From the NCBI GenBank assembly GCA_951406725.2, contig OX597817.1:43028001-43092000 (forward strand): a stretch of DNA of 64,000 nt, written 5' to 3'. Each line of letters begins with the position of its first letter. Within the stretch, counting starts at the first letter, position 1. This document shows, piece after piece, positions 1 through 13,782 of the stretch. Source of the stretch: Octopus vulgaris. Taxonomy: Eukaryota. The position numbers and the translations under genes were made by a program. The notes under the pieces were generated by a model, which saw nothing but the letters and a program-made list of their open reading frames with translations, was not told the origin of the DNA and searched no databases.

Positions 1-1013
1 CCAGTCATCAAATTTGATTTTGATTTCACTTGCCTGAGAAAAACTTTTGTGAATAAGATTCTTATCATATTCCCAGAAAAAATCCTACTTTTCATAACTC
101 AAAGATTTTGATAAATTCAGGTAGCAAAAACAATTCCTCGTATATTTCTTTTTTTTCTAATTCGATAATAGATGCAAGCATGGCTGTGTGGTTACAAACT
201 TTGCTTCAAAGCCATGATGTTTTGAAGTTTGGTCCCACAGCATGACCCTTGAGTAAGGGTCTTTTACAGCCTTAGGTTGACCAATGCCATGTGAGTGAAA
301 TTGGAAGACAGAAACTGAGACAAAGCCTATTGATTGTTTGTGTGTGTTGTTGTTGTTAAGCAACAAGACAGGTAAGGGTGATTAAGTGATGGTCTAGGGC
401 TTAGGGGTGGGAGACCCCAGACCTTGGAAAAAAAACTTTGGTCGTCTTGTAGTCGAGGGCTCTTCGTTGACACCCGACACCAGTGGAAGGTGGCCCTCGA
501 AGTCGCTGGAAATGGGGATCTCCAGGTCCAAATTCTTGAACAGCTGTGTGTGTGTGTGCGTGCACGTGCATGTCAATGTGTTTGGAAATGTTATGTCTGC
601 GTTTTTTCATTAACACCACCTGAGTAGTGTCTTTGTTTACTTTACCCAGTAAACAAAAAGTTTTGTAGTTTCAGTGGCTTCTTTGGTTCTCTGGATCAGG
701 AGAATCAGAATACCTAACTCACAAAACATGTGAAAGTTGGTGACAGGAAGAGCACCCAAGCTTAAACATTTCCCCATATGAAATTACATCTGACCTATGC
801 CAGCATAAAAAAAATAAAACATAACAATTATGATTACTGTTTGACACAGAATTTAAACAACCAAGTTACCTTCAAACTATATCAGAGTGTTTAAAAAAAA
901 CAAAACAAAGAAACAATGGATAACATGTTGGATACATTATGCTCCTAAAAAATACTGACTGCTGTTGGAACATCAAGAATCATAGTTCTACATGATCAGA
1001 GCTAACAATAATA

Positions 1014-1554
1014 TTGGGTTGTCCGGAAAGTTCGTGCTGATTTATAGTAGCTTACCTTTCGACTTATTTTAGAACATGGTTGAGTCCATAAAATAGGATT
1101 TGACCACACCTCCATTTAGAGCACAGTTTAAGCTATCTTTTCGTGGAAGAAGGTTTATGTTCCTATAACCTGTGTTAATTTTGTAACCCTTTAAAATGGA
1201 AGATAAGAAAGTTAATTTTTGGCACTGGATGCTTTGGGAACCAGACAAAAATTGCTGCAGCTCAGCTGGGATGTGTTATCCCACCCACCATATTCACCAG
1301 ATATTGCTCCTTCGGATTTCCACTTATTCAGGTCTCTGCAGAATAGCCTTAATTGTAAAAATTTCAATTCCTTGGATGACGTAAAAAGATACCTTGATGA
1401 ATTCTTTGCCACGAAACCACCTCAATTCTGGGAAGAGGGTATTTTTAAGTTAAAGGAAAGATGGAAACACATTGTGCAACAAAATGGTTCATATTTGGTT
1501 GATTAATCTTTTCCTTTCCTTTAAAAATCGGCACAAACTTTCCAGACAAACCAA
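1014..1554 (+). mobile_element. Internally deleted mariner transposon
   Basis: Imperfect TIRs (TTGGGTTGTCCGGAAAGTTCGTGCTGATTT / AAATCGGCACAAACTTTCCAGACAAACCAA) flanked by TA. ORF 1219-1506 carries the mariner C-terminal motif HPPYSPDIAPSDFHLF, joined almost directly to the transposase start at 1196. Confidence 0.9.
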
Positions 1555-2269
1555 TACATGCCAGAAATATTCTTTCATTCTTTTCTTTTATTCTTTTACT
1601 TGTATCAGTCATTTGACCACAGCCACATTGAAGCACCACCTTAAGGGGTTTTAGTTGAACAAATCAACCCCAGGACTTATTCTATCAGTCTCTTTTACCG
1701 AACCACTAAGTTATGGGGACATAAACACACCAACATTGGTTGTCAAATGATGGTAGTGGGGGACTGACACAAACATATACACATATATCATCATCATTGT
1801 TTAACGCCCGCTTTCCATGCTGGCATGGGTTGGACGGTTTGACTGGTGAGCCAGATGGCTGCACCAGGCTCCAATCTGATCAGGCAGAGTTTCTACAGCT
1901 GGATGCCCTTCCTAATGCCAACCACTCTGAGAGTGTAGTGGGTGCTTCTATGTGCCACCGGCACAAGGGCCTGTCAGGCAGTACTGGCAACGACCATACT
2001 CAAATGGTGTTTTTATGTGTCACCTGCACAGGAGCCTATCCAGTGGCACTGGCAACACCCTCACTCGAATGTTGTTTTTCACATACCACCGGCACAAGTG
2101 CCAGTAAGGCGACGCTGGTAACAATCACATATGAATGTATGATGGGAGCTTCTTCTAGTTTCCTTTTACCAAATCCACTCAGAGGCTTTAGTCTTATTTA
2201 TTCGCATACTTCAATTACCAACAGCAGTTTACTCAACATATTCTAATAATATATTAAATGGCAATTTAC

Positions 2270-2578
2270 CTTTTTATTTTCATCATCTGTGGTCTGTGAA
2301 TTATTTGAAACCATCAATTCTACAATGGCTGTAGGTTTATCAATTTGTTCAATGTGTCTTGCTTGAGATTTTAAATCAATTCTCCAAGACATTTGCTTCA
2401 AACAACTGTTCCATTGTGTTTGTTGTACTTGAATGTCATGAATTTTGTTCCTTTGATTCTTCCAGAACTTACGGACGGCATTAGCTCGTTCTTCATTCAT
2501 TCCACTATCAGCCTTTTTAATTTGAGATGTCAAGAAAGCTTCCAGTTGATTGAAATCCATGTCAACGGCAACCATACT
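2270..2578 (-). CDS. COMMD1: COMM domain-containing protein 1, exon 2
   Basis: SMVAVDMDFNQLEAFLTSQ...KFWKNQ...WRIDLKSQARHIEQI matches COMMD1. AG acceptor at 2580-2579, GT donor at 2269-2268, 309 nt in phase 0. Final exon not seen. Confidence 0.9.
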
Positions 2579-4146
2579 CTTCAGAAAAAGAATAGAAATG
2601 TATGGAAAAAATTTAACGAAACAATATCAGAGAAAGCAGTTAACATAATGGTTAACAATTAGAATTTTAGTTCTGTACCTCTTCCGTCTTTCTACTTCAT
2701 TCCCTACATTCCATTATTACCTGCATCAATGTTATAATCTTTTATCTTTTACTTGCTTCAGTCACTGGACTGCAGTCTGGTACTTATTCTACCAGGCTCT
2801 TTTTGACAAGCTGCAAAGTTATGGGGAAATAAACAAACCAACACCAATTGTCAAGCAGGGATGGGAACATACATACAAAGATACACACATTTATGTATGT
2901 ATGATGATGATGATGATGATAATATATATATGCACAAAAATTTCAGGAAATTTTGGAATTTTAATAAAAGCATATTATTCTACCTTTGGTATTCAAGTAC
3001 TATTTTTTCTCACCTTTGCATTTGTGTGCTTGTGTGTGTGTGTGTTTATGCAATGTATATATAATGGGTTTCTTTCAGTTTCCATCTACCAAATCTTCTT
3101 GCTAGGGTTTGGTTGGCCAGGGGCTATAGTAGAAGATACCCAATGTGCCTCACGGTGGAACTGAACCCGGAACCATGTGGTTGGGAAGCAAGCTTCTTAC
3201 CACACAGCCATGCCTGTGTCCCTTTTTAGTTGTTGCTTGTATAGCTTCCAAGTCATGATCATCCCATCTCTTTATATATCTAGAACTACATTATTCAATA
3301 TATCTTTTTTTTAAACATGAGTGTTATTTCTAGTAGGTTGAGCACTTGTGTAGAGATCCTTTTTGACTCAACTCCATTTAAATGGTCTTCTGTGATATTC
3401 ATACAGCATAAAAATGGCTGGAACTACTAAGAAACAAATTATAATTTATTGTTACTCCAGTATTAAAAGATTTACTTCGAAATGTATGAAATAATACATT
3501 TTATACTCAGATTAAAGGGTGATGTACTGAATGTTGTCTGTAAAATTTTTAATTTATTGAAATTTCTCTGAGTTAGAGATAGAAAAGAAAAACCTAGTAA
3601 CAGCAATTGGTAGCAACTCTCAGAGAGAAGGGGAGATAATTTCAAGTATTTAAGACTAAATTTCTCAATTTACACGAAAGGTGAACAGTGATCTTTGCAG
3701 ACAAGAGACGGACATATTTCAGTCATTTGATCTCATCAGCATAATATAGTCTAAATATGCCTGAAGAATTTTATATACAGAAGATAGGATTCAAATTTAT
3801 TAGAATTCTAAGGAGAGTTACAAAAAACTGGAAGACGCTTGTCGTCTGTATATATGTGTATGCGTGCCTGTATGCCCTTGTATTGACGTCATATGATGGT
3901 TGTATATGATACTGTTTGTTTCTAGTCTTCTGTGAAAAACATGTCTGGCCATGGAGAAACTTTGCTTGGAAACAGGTGAGAGTTGGCAACCAGAAGGGTT
4001 TCCATTTGTAAAAATCTACCTCAATAAACTCTGTCCAACCCATAAAAACATGAGAAAGTGGACAGTAAACAATTCATGATCATATCTATAATAAGATGTG
4101 TTCGAGTGTATTGCTTTTAAAAACATTAAGTAGGTGCAATATCGCA

Positions 4147-4274
4147 GTATGGCTATGTGGTAAGAAGCTTGCTTCCCAACCACATAGAGCCGGGTTCGGG
4201 GCGGACCAAAGTGTTGTGAATGGAATTGGTAGACAGAAACTGAAAGAAGCCTATCATGTATATGTGTGTGTATG

Positions 4275-4325
<51 letters not shown>

Positions 4326-4530
4326 GTGTGTGTCTGTGTTTGTCCCCACTCCATTGCTTGACAACCAATGCTGGTGTGTTTAGGTCCCCATAAAACTTAG
4401 CAGTTTGGTAAAAAGAGACCGAGAGAATAAGTACTAGGCTTACAAAGAATAAGTTCTGGGGTCAATTTCTTTAAGGTGGTGCTCCAGCATGGCCACAGTC
4501 AAATGACTGAAACAAATAAATAAATAAAAG
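4147..4530 (+). mobile_element. tRNA-derived SINE family A (representative copy)
   Basis: GGCTRTGTGGTAAG head, central (TA)n/(TG)n, and CCAGCATGGCCACAGTCAAATGACTGAAAC tail. Related copies at about 2745-3215, 20745-21330, 22590-22895, 33745-34118, 41715-42090 and 60880-61258. Confidence 0.8.
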
Positions 4531-5004
4531 AATGGGATGAAATCAAAAACATAATCAAAATTATTAACATAATATAACAAGTGTGAGAGTTATGCCGTCA
4601 ACAACCCTAACTAGGAAAAAAAAAACAACATTTTATTAACGTATGAAAAAATATCACCATATTTTATGAGAAAACTGCTATCTCAGATATAATGCAACCT
4701 CCATTTTTTGTACCTAAGAATGAGTAAAAATATTTTATTCTCTTTTCATTCTTTTATACATTTCAGCCCAAAGACTCTAGCCATGCTGGAGCACCACCAA
4801 TGAAAAATATTGAAGGCTGTCCATGGGACTGTCTTCTTTCACTGTTGTTTTTTATTTCTTCCCTTGGACTACAATATAATGTTACCTCACACTTTTGAAC
4901 ATATCTACAGATTGGTGAAATTTTGCAGAACTAAGTTTTTATGATACAAATCCCTGGTTCTCAGCCATTTTCTTTTTTTTATCTATTGACTGAAGTGAAA
5001 TCAT

Positions 5005-5335
5005 TGTCGTGGCCGATGCCAGTACTGCCAGACTGGCACCATTTGAGTGCGGAAGATGCCAGTCCCACCATACTGGTTCCTGTGCCAGTGGCACATATAA
5101 TGCATCATTTGAGCATGGTCGATGTCAGTACCGCCTGAATAGCCCTCGTGATGGTGGCACGTAAAAAGTACCCACTACATTCTCGGAGTGGTTGGCATTA
5201 GGAAGGGCATCCAGTTATAGAAACCTTGCCAGATCAGATTGGAGCCTGGTGCAGCCTCCTGGCTTGCCAGTCCTCAGTCAAACCATCAAATCCATGCAAG
5301 CATGGAAAGCGGACATTAAACAATGATGATAATGA
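5005..5335 (+). mobile_element. Retroposon family C (RTE-associated SINE-like element; representative copy)
   Basis: GGCACGTAAAAAG..., GGTTGGCATTAGGAAGGGCATCCAG and an (ATG)n tail. Related copies at about 1790-2130, 13321-13760, 15740-16190, 32795-33015 and 61870-62160. Confidence 0.7.
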
Positions 5336-6159
5336 TGGATCTTTTTGATTACTATTTTACATTACTGAACCCTCGTAGCCATTCAATATTTAAAAACTAG
5401 TTTTATAGATACTTCTTTCAAAGTACCTGCCCCCCCCCCCCCATATTCACTTGTATAGTTTGAACTGTGTAAAACGTTTGAGAAAGAAACTAAGCTATTT
5501 CTTACACTAATACATCTAAAGCAAAATTTGTTATGGTCTTTTAAAATATTTTGCTTGCATGGACCCCCAACTTACTATTTTGCTTGTATAGACCTTAAAA
5601 ATCTTACGTGGACCCACAGGCCGCGGTTGAGGACCAATGATTATGATAAAATTTAGGGGAAAACGCTTTAGGGAGGAGTTTTGAATCATTCCTTTTTGTT
5701 CTTTCTGGAACTTAAACATTTTCCACTTTTTTTTTTTTAGATGTATGTTTGAAGCACCAACATTATGTATTTCTGCAAAATGCCATTTAAAAATATGCAT
5801 TTTAAAGAGAGTTATAAGAAAACAATGAGGGAGTAGAATAATCCGAAACTTCCCCTCCTTCTACTTTTAATGTTATCAAAATAATCGCAATCTACACTTT
5901 TGAAAACGATCTCTGCAAAATTTCATTTAAAAAAACAAAAAAGAAAACATACATACAATATTTGTTATGAGGAAACAAAGTCCGGTGTTTTCTATCAAAT
6001 TTCTCAAATTACAGAAATGATATTAAAAATCAAAATAGAAATAAGAACATTTCAAAATGTAGAATGTTCTGCTAGTTGTTATACATACCAATGTTGATTC
6101 AAACATGCTACTTTTTTTTTTTTTTTAATCAAAGCGAAATGATCAAAAGTTGACCATAT

Positions 6160-6508
6160 TCTGAGCGCCTTGTTTCCCTGGGCATGGATTCACTGAAGCT
6201 TCGGCGTCTGGCGACGGACTTGGTAAACACCCACAAGGTTATCAACCACCTCACCAACAACTGAACACCTTTTTGATCTCCATGTGTCTAACACACGTGG
6301 ACATGCCTACAAAGTCAAAAAACAGCACAGCTCCCATGACTTTCGGAAACATTTTTATGCTTCCCGAAATCCGTCGAAACTACACCTGATTATATATACA
6401 CTTTAGATGAGTTGTAGTGCACCTGAGCACTGTACACAATTATTATTATTATTATTATTTAGATGAGTTGTAGTGCACCTGAGCACTGTACACAATTATT
6501 ATTATTAT
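6160..6508 (+). mobile_element. CR1-like LINE 3' fragment with tandemly duplicated tail
   Basis: Degenerate RT C-terminus (..SLKLRRLATDLV...NTRGHAYKV..RKHF) followed by two copies of TTAGATGAGTTGTAGTGCACCTGAGCACTGTACACA(ATT)n. Confidence 0.65.
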
Positions 6509-7435
6509 TTAAAAGTTGTACGATTTCAAACATAATTTTGTAAAAGGAATAAATAGAAATTTGAAGAGGATATATTTCAGTTTTTTTTTTTGATAATATT
6601 AAAATTCTAAATAAAATCTTTGAAAGACGCAAAATGAGCATTCCAAACTCATACGAAGCGCCGATTACATAGGGCCTCAACCATGGTATTTAACAGCGAA
6701 TCCGTCGATGTTAAAACAAGGGTACCGAATTACAGAAAATACAGTTCTATATTATATATTTCTTTGTTGCCCACAGGGGGCTAAACATAGAGGGGACAAA
6801 CAAGGACAGACAAAGGGATTAAGTCGATTACATCGACCCCAGTGCGAAAGGCAAAGTCGACCTCGGCGGAATTTGAACTCAGAACGTAACGACAGACGAA
6901 ATCAGTTGTATATTATAAGCAGTAAGAATAGTTGTGTAGAGTAACAATGTATTCTCTCGTACTCATATCAACGAAAATAGCCTTTCGCAGTTAAAGAATT
7001 CTGTGATACTTGATGATAGGTATATTACTAGCGGGTTTTGGCTTGCTTATAGACACAAGTGCTCATTCTCAAATCACCCATTCATTTTGAATGATAGTAC
7101 TTCTACTTGGATGGCTGTTTTTTCTAGCTACTTCGCAAACTGTCTACTCTCCAGTCGAAATTGAGAGATTAGAAGTCATGTTATTAATGAAGTAAAGAAT
7201 AAATTATATTGGACAACGATCTAACACTGTGGGTACGCTAACCTACGCTAAAAGATGAAAAAGAAAATAATATGCGATAGCAGAAGGTTACCACATAAAA
7301 CAGAAAGTCATTCAAAGGACTTTTATGTCAATAAATATATAAATAAAAGTTTTTAGAAATTGTAACTGTAATATAATTGAAGGGATATCAGCTGATTTGA
7401 AGGGGTGTGTCTTGAAGATTGTGTGTAGTTTTTAC

Positions 7436-7603
7436 CTTTATAAGAGCTGTACATTTTGTGACAAGATGTTCAAATTCTTCATCCGATAGTTTGGGATATA
7501 TTTGTTCTTTCAAGACTTCATTACTCAATTCTTTTTCACCAAAATAGTTTCTTCTAGCTAAACCATTCAAGAGTGCCGCATAACAACGACGTGAATCAGC
7601 CAT
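7436..7603 (-). CDS. COMMD1: COMM domain-containing protein 1, exon 1
   Basis: MADSRRCYAALLNGLARRNYFGEKELSNEVLKEQIYP...ALIK followed by GTAAAA donor; joins exon 2 in frame. Confidence 0.88.
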
Positions 7604-8369
7604 TTTGTACCAAGTGCTTGCTGATTACCTCCCTTCATAAATTTGACCCTTTCATCTGAGCAGTGTAATAGGAATATTTAAATCTGAGTGAAAAAAATCA
7701 TGAAAGGAAATACAAATAAAGTAGAAATAATAAATAAATAGAAAAGTGCGCCCTTCCTACAACACTTGCCTTAGCCCTGACGCTACAGTACGCCATTTAG
7801 TTTGGTGTATGATGAGGAATCTGACCACTCACATAAAAGAAAAGTTTTTAATTGACTGAAATATTAGTTGGAAAATAGTGGTTAATATAAGACTTTATAA
7901 ACTTTCGAGGGAATGTGAAATAATTCTATTTTGAAATTGGTTCTCGAAGCACAATTTCCAAAAACTGGGACGAAGACCAACTTCCTTGTTTATTTTCTAT
8001 TGCGAAAAAGGGATTTTTTTTAAATTAATGGGTTGTAATATAGGAATGTATTAACTGAGGAAACTAAAGTAGAGTATGTATTACTGTGCATTTCTATTCA
8101 ACTTCATATGAAAATATCAGCTCCTCGTTCCTAGGTCCCAAGTAAATGAAAATATTTACCTTGCCAGAAATAAACGTTTCCCAGGCCCAAACCTTCAAAG
8201 TGTTTTCCAACAAAACGCAACCATTAGGAAACAAAAGTGAGATAACAAACAGCAGAGTGTCAGCTAGACACAATAAACCGTGTAGTGTGAAGTTTTCATT
8301 ATTTAAGTTGGACTAACCAAATATTTTGTGATCAAGATTTAACGCGAACAAAGGTACCCAGCTATATAT

Positions 8370-8597
8370 TTCTTTATTGCCCACAAGGGGCTAAACATAG
8401 AGGGGACAAACAAAGACAGACAGTGATTAAGTCGATTACATCGACCCTAATGAGTAACTGGTACTTTATTTATCGATCCCGAAAGGATGAAAGGCAAAGT
8501 CGACCTCGGCGGTATTTGAACTCAGAACGTAACGGCAGACGAAATACGGCTACGCATTTCGCGCGGCGTGCTGACGTTTCTGCCAGCTCGTCGCCTT
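8370..8597 (-). mobile_element. SINE family B (representative copy)
   Basis: Core CCCCGAAAGGATGAAAGGCAAAGTCGACCTCGGCGG. Related copies at about 6760-6900, 11560-11668, 21047-21272, 28913-29143 and 41070-41285. Confidence 0.8.
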
Positions 8598-9594
8598 GGG
8601 TACCCAGCTATATATCAAATGATAAAAGAGGAGTTAAAATGAAAAGCCCCAATTACAAAGAGAGCTCTGTCGCAAGAAATATTCATTGCGAACAATATCT
8701 TCCTAAGAAGACTTATCTCTTGTGTAAGTCAGCAAGCACCAGTATTACTGGACGTATAACATACATTGCATGAAATTAAGAGCATTTGAGTGCCAACTAG
8801 TGAGTGATATATGTACAGAGCTTTTTATTCAAAATCTAGTGTCGCTATGAATTTGAACTGAAACTGATGAGGAATTAATTAAAGAAATTAATCTTGTTCC
8901 TCAATTATATTTAAACAAATTAATAAAGTTTTCACCTTTCTCCCATAAAAACTATTTCACTTTTTGGTCATCAGGAAAAGCAAATACTTTCATTTTCATG
9001 GGGCCCTAGAAAAGAAGAAATGTCAAAATATCTATGGAATCAATTTTATTTACCAACGTATACTAAACGCACTGCTCACATTAGCTTTTAGATATTTTTA
9101 ACATCTAACTGTAATTTGTCGTATCAGGAAATTTTTCATTACTCAAACCAAATTTTTATATAGTCATGAAATATGTTGCCAATTAAGAAAAATATCGATT
9201 ATATGAAACGAGTGCGTTATATAGTATAACGCTGCCTTGTTGGCTATTAACATTTTGACTCACACCGTTTTAACATATAACGGTAGATTCAGTTGAAAAT
9301 AGAGCTAGTCCCTCGTTGCTTGCTACAGTTGAAATAGTACTATTTCACCAACAAAATATAGAATTTCTCTGTTTCTTGCTCATCATCCTATGATTAAGAA
9401 TTTTCGTTTTTCCGAACAGAAGCATAGGCTGTTAGTACTTCGGAACTAAAAGAGGATTACGGATAAAAGAAAATCAGAAAGAATGGAAAAAAAACAATCA
9501 AAGTAATTCTGAGTTGTTTCTTTATGTATACTTATCAACTTAAATAATACGAAATTATATTTACTGCAATAAAAAGAAGAAAAAAAACTGCCTT

Positions 9595-9686
9595 CGCCCA
9601 CAGGGGGACTCGAACCCACGACCCTCAGATTCCTTCTTAGAAAGAGTCTTAAAAGTCTGATGCTCTACCGACTGAGCTATGCGGGC
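9595..9686 (-). tRNA. tRNA-Lys(TTT) with 19-nt intron (9631-9649)
   Basis: GCCCGCATAGCTCAGTCGGTAGAGCATCAGACTTTTA[AGACTCTTTCTAAGAAGGA]ATCTGAGGGTCGTGGGTTCGAGTCCCCCTGTGGGCG. Folds as a cloverleaf with the intron at canonical 37/38; oligo-T Pol III terminator at about 9580-9587. Confidence 0.9.
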
Positions 9687-10615
9687 GCAGCTGGGAAAGG
9701 AGTTTGTTTTAATATATTTAAACCATAATTACCACTCGATTTTAATATTATATATTTAAGTATTTTAATCATACTAGTAGTAATTTGCCGACGAATATGA
9801 TTTGTATTTTTAAAGTCTCTAATGATATTTTCAGTTATGTGAAACTATTGTTATTTTTTTTATTTTGTTCGTTTCAGCCGATACTTTAAGATGATAATCG
9901 ATATTTTTTTTTCTTTTTAATGGGTAATATCGATGCTATTTTAGAAATTATTTGAAGTTTGAAGTTTATAATTAATAAACTTTACCGATTCTTGTCAGGC
10001 AACAAAGTTTTTTAAAAATCATCGTATATAATAACCCTAGTAACTATTTATATGCATCATTATAACGTTGTATAGGCTCTATTGTGAATCGTGGGTCCCA
10101 GCCATTTAAGTTCATCGTCGAGTATTTTCCTTCTTTAAATACTGAAATCTGATCGTATAATTTTTAAAGGAAGACACGATGACGACGTAAACAAAAGCAG
10201 GAAAGTCTACGTTGTCACTCTTAACGCTCTTTGATAATCATGATGGTATTCTTTCGTTAAAAACAGCCTGTTTCTAACGGAAGACTACCATAATGATAGT
10301 CATCCAAATCGTTGATTTCAGAATGGATAATTGGATTTCGAAGCTAAGTGGATCGATCAAGTACGTTATTATGTATTGAAAGGGTTACCGAATAAATCAA
10401 AATAGTGAATGCTTTCTTTGACAAAACTTTCCTCGTCCAATCTCTTTTACAATCGGCAAAACTACCTTGCGGTATTGTTTCGTTCCTTAACGTTCGAATC
10501 TACGGTACTACTTCACAACAGTGGTCCCGGTGCGCGCACTTGCGTAGTCACGCATCCGCGCTAACTAGTCATGACTAGTTGATTCTTACTTTGTGTTTTT
10601 GCTTTATTTAAAAAA

Positions 10616-11040
10616 TTGGCGATCTTTCGTTCTCTAGTAGACCTTTCCGTCGATTTCCGTAAAAATTTTTTTTTTTTTTTACATATGGGCTTGCGGGAAC
10701 TTTTGAAGTAATATACATACATATACACATACACCGAGTAAAAAATTTCAGTTATCTCTTTCTTTCACACATTACTCTGTCTCTTCACACATACTAACAG
10801 AAGCACTTCACTTACACAACATACTGTCTGTCTCCCACACCCCATCAAACACACACACATGTACATCAATGCTTCCCATGCACGGTAACTTCAAAAGAAC
10901 TTCCTTCGTCATACAATCGCTTTCTCTTAGTCTCTTTCGCTCTCATTACTTCAAAAGTTCCCGCAAGCCCATACGTAAAAATAAAAATAATTTTTTACGG
11001 AAATCGACGGAAAGGTCTACTAGAGACGAAAGATTGCCAA
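10616..11040. mobile_element. MITE with ~95 bp terminal inverted repeats
   Basis: TTGGCGATCTTTCG...GGGCTTGCGGGAACTTTTGAAGTAAT at the left is mirrored at about 10946-11040. Confidence 0.85.
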
Positions 11041-12087
11041 ATAATTATTTACTTTGTGTTTTTGTGTTTTACTTACTTTGTTTATCAAAAATTTTTTACT
11101 TCATGTAAAAAAAAAATTATTTTTTTTGTGTTTTATTTACTTTGCTTAGGTAGTCGTCGGCAATCTTGCCTAAATAATATTAACTTGAACTATTAAAATA
11201 AAAATAAACTTTTGCAAAAGATTCGCTAACTCTCGTCGACACGAGTGTACATTCTTCTAATCTCGAATTCTCTCGTTATTTCTTGTTTCTCTATCAACGA
11301 CGCATTGTTATTGTTGTCTCACGTAAGTTCTTCTTAACTATTTATTCTTCGTTTCGGTTGTCTATACGTTTATTATACCTTATCTGTCGATTCAGTGTTT
11401 AATAGCAGTTATCTGAAGTAATTTAACGTGTGGTTACGAAACAAAATGCTCTCTTCGCACCGCATTTCTTTACCACGTGCTTCTATATTAAAAACCGGTT
11501 TAAAGCTGAGCCAATTCGCTATCGTTCTATCTGCTAAAACTTACATATAGATATACCTGTTTCTTTATTACCCACAAGGGGACAAACAAAGACAGACAAT
11601 CGTATAAAGTTGATTACATCGACCCCGAAAGGATGAAAGGCAAAGTCGACCTCGGCGGAATTTGAACCCGTTTTCGGCATTTAGGGTTACGCCGAAAACG
11701 GGTGGTATGAGTATTCTTTACCTTCGCCCACTTAGACGAAACAATAACTTTTTCCTCTTTATTCAGAGAGGGAAGGGCAGTGATCATGTTCCTTTATATT
11801 TTTAAAGGATTCTCCGTGACTGGTAGGAAGAAATGAGGAAGTTATCTTAAAATGGTACTCCTGGCCCGAACCTTAAAACAGAGTGAACTCTACTAAAGGT
11901 ACCCGAGAACCAGGTGATGGTGTTAGGCGTTGTACACTACTTAAAGTGTTAAGAATGTAGAGACAGAACAAATAACAAAGCATCTCATCCCGTGTAACAA
12001 TTCCGTCAATTTATTCACATAGACTGGTTCTTTAGATAATGAGCTTTCTACTGATGGATAACGAAGGGAAACAAACTAAAAAGAGTA

Positions 12088-12520
12088 CCGTAAATCCTCG
12101 AGTATAATACGCAGGGGTTTTTTAGGGGGTTGTACCCCTGAAGCACCTAAACCTTGTGTATAATATGCACCCCCTTCTTTAACTTGAGTCAAGGAGGGCT
12201 ATATAACGTCCTTGGTTTGTAAAACTGTATATAGTAACGTCCTTTATTATTATTGTATATATAACATAATACAAACGTGTAGCTTTTTTGTGCATTTTGT
12301 TTGCAGAAAATAAAGAAATAACAGTATTAACGTTTAATAAATGTTGCTAACTGCAAGTTATGGATGATTTAAGGTATTTTCGCGCCCGACATCACAAAAT
12401 ACGTCTGAATAAACATTGCCGGACATTGCTTAGAAAATAATTTTCATTTTCAACCTCGTATATAGTACGCACTAGGGATTTTGACTTTTTAAGGGGGGGG
12501 TTATACTCGAGGATTTACGG
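12088..12520. mobile_element. Tc1/pogo(Tigger)-like MITE
   Basis: TIR CCGTAAATCCTCGAGTATAA / TTATACTCGAGGATTTACGG with TA on both sides. Confidence 0.85.
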
Positions 12521-13459
12521 TAAATCAATGTGAAAGAATATCAATCGTTAACAAGCGGTGATGATTGAAAATCGTCAATAAAGTAAAACTTTTGCATTAT
12601 CAAACTGGCGGTCTTTGGCTTTTAAGTACATATAAACGAGGAATTGATAAGGAAAGAAAAAGCAATTCCGGAAAGTACAAAATTGGACTTGGGTATCCCG
12701 AGTAAGCGAAACGAATATGTAAGTGCTTAAAAGTCCGTTAATTAATGTCATTATTATAAATTTCTTTTATTTATGAACAGCCTAATTCTTTAAAGTTATT
12801 AATGTGAAAAAAGAAACTGCTTCGATACTAGGTCTATCAACATTAGGATGATACTGAGAATATTGGTATTTTTTTCGTTTCAAGTTACCCCTACTCCAGC
12901 ACACCTGTGATCAAAGCCCTTCCAGTTATAGTCATCCCGACTGACGGAGCTTCCTTTTCGAGGCCAGAAAATATTTCACTCTGAACACTAACAACTACTA
13001 GATCTCTACAAAACTTAAGTGAGATCTACTGTGGGTACCCCTGCACTTAGGATGGGGCTTTAGCTAAACATACAAACAATGAAATTGCTCAGCAACACCC
13101 TCTAACTTCTGGTCTGAAGACATGTCTGCTCTCTCTCTCTCTCTCTCTCTCTCTCATTCGGCTGTGTGAGTGAGAATCTGCTTCCAAACCACATTTTTCA
13201 GGGTTGAGTCCCACTGGATAGCACTATCAGCAACTGTCTTCCACTATAACCCCAGGCCAGCCAAAGTCTTGTGTAGACAGAAATTGAAAGACGCCCAACA
13301 TATGTTTGTCTATATATATATCATCATCATCGTTTAGTGTCCGCTTTCCATGCTAGCATGGGTTGGACGGTTCAACTGGGGTCTGTGAAGCCAGAAGGCT
13401 GCATCAGGCAGTGTTTCTACAGCTGGATGCCCTTCCTAACGCCAACCACTCCGTGAGTG

Positions 13460-13750
13460 TAGTGGGTGCTTTTTACGTGCCACCCGCACGGGGTGCCAGA
13501 CGGGGCTGGCAAACGGCCACGGACGGATGGTGCTTTTTACGTGCCACCGGCACGGGGACCAGGCGAGGCTGGCAACGGCCACGAACGGCTGGTGCTTTTT
13601 ACGTGCCACTGGCACGAGGCTAGTCTGGGTGGCGCTGGCAACGGCCACGAACAGATGGTGCTTTTTATGTGCCACTGGCACGGGGGCCAGTCGGGGCGGC
13701 CCTGGCAACGGCCACATTCGGATGGCTCTCTTACGTGCCACCGGCACTGG
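13460..13750. repeat. GC-rich ~60 bp tandem units inside a family C element
   Basis: About five units of GGTGCTTTTTACGTGCCACCGGCACG...GGCAACGGCCAC. Confidence 0.8.
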
Positions 13751-13782
13751 TAACTCAACTGCAATTTCCATTGATCAATTTC

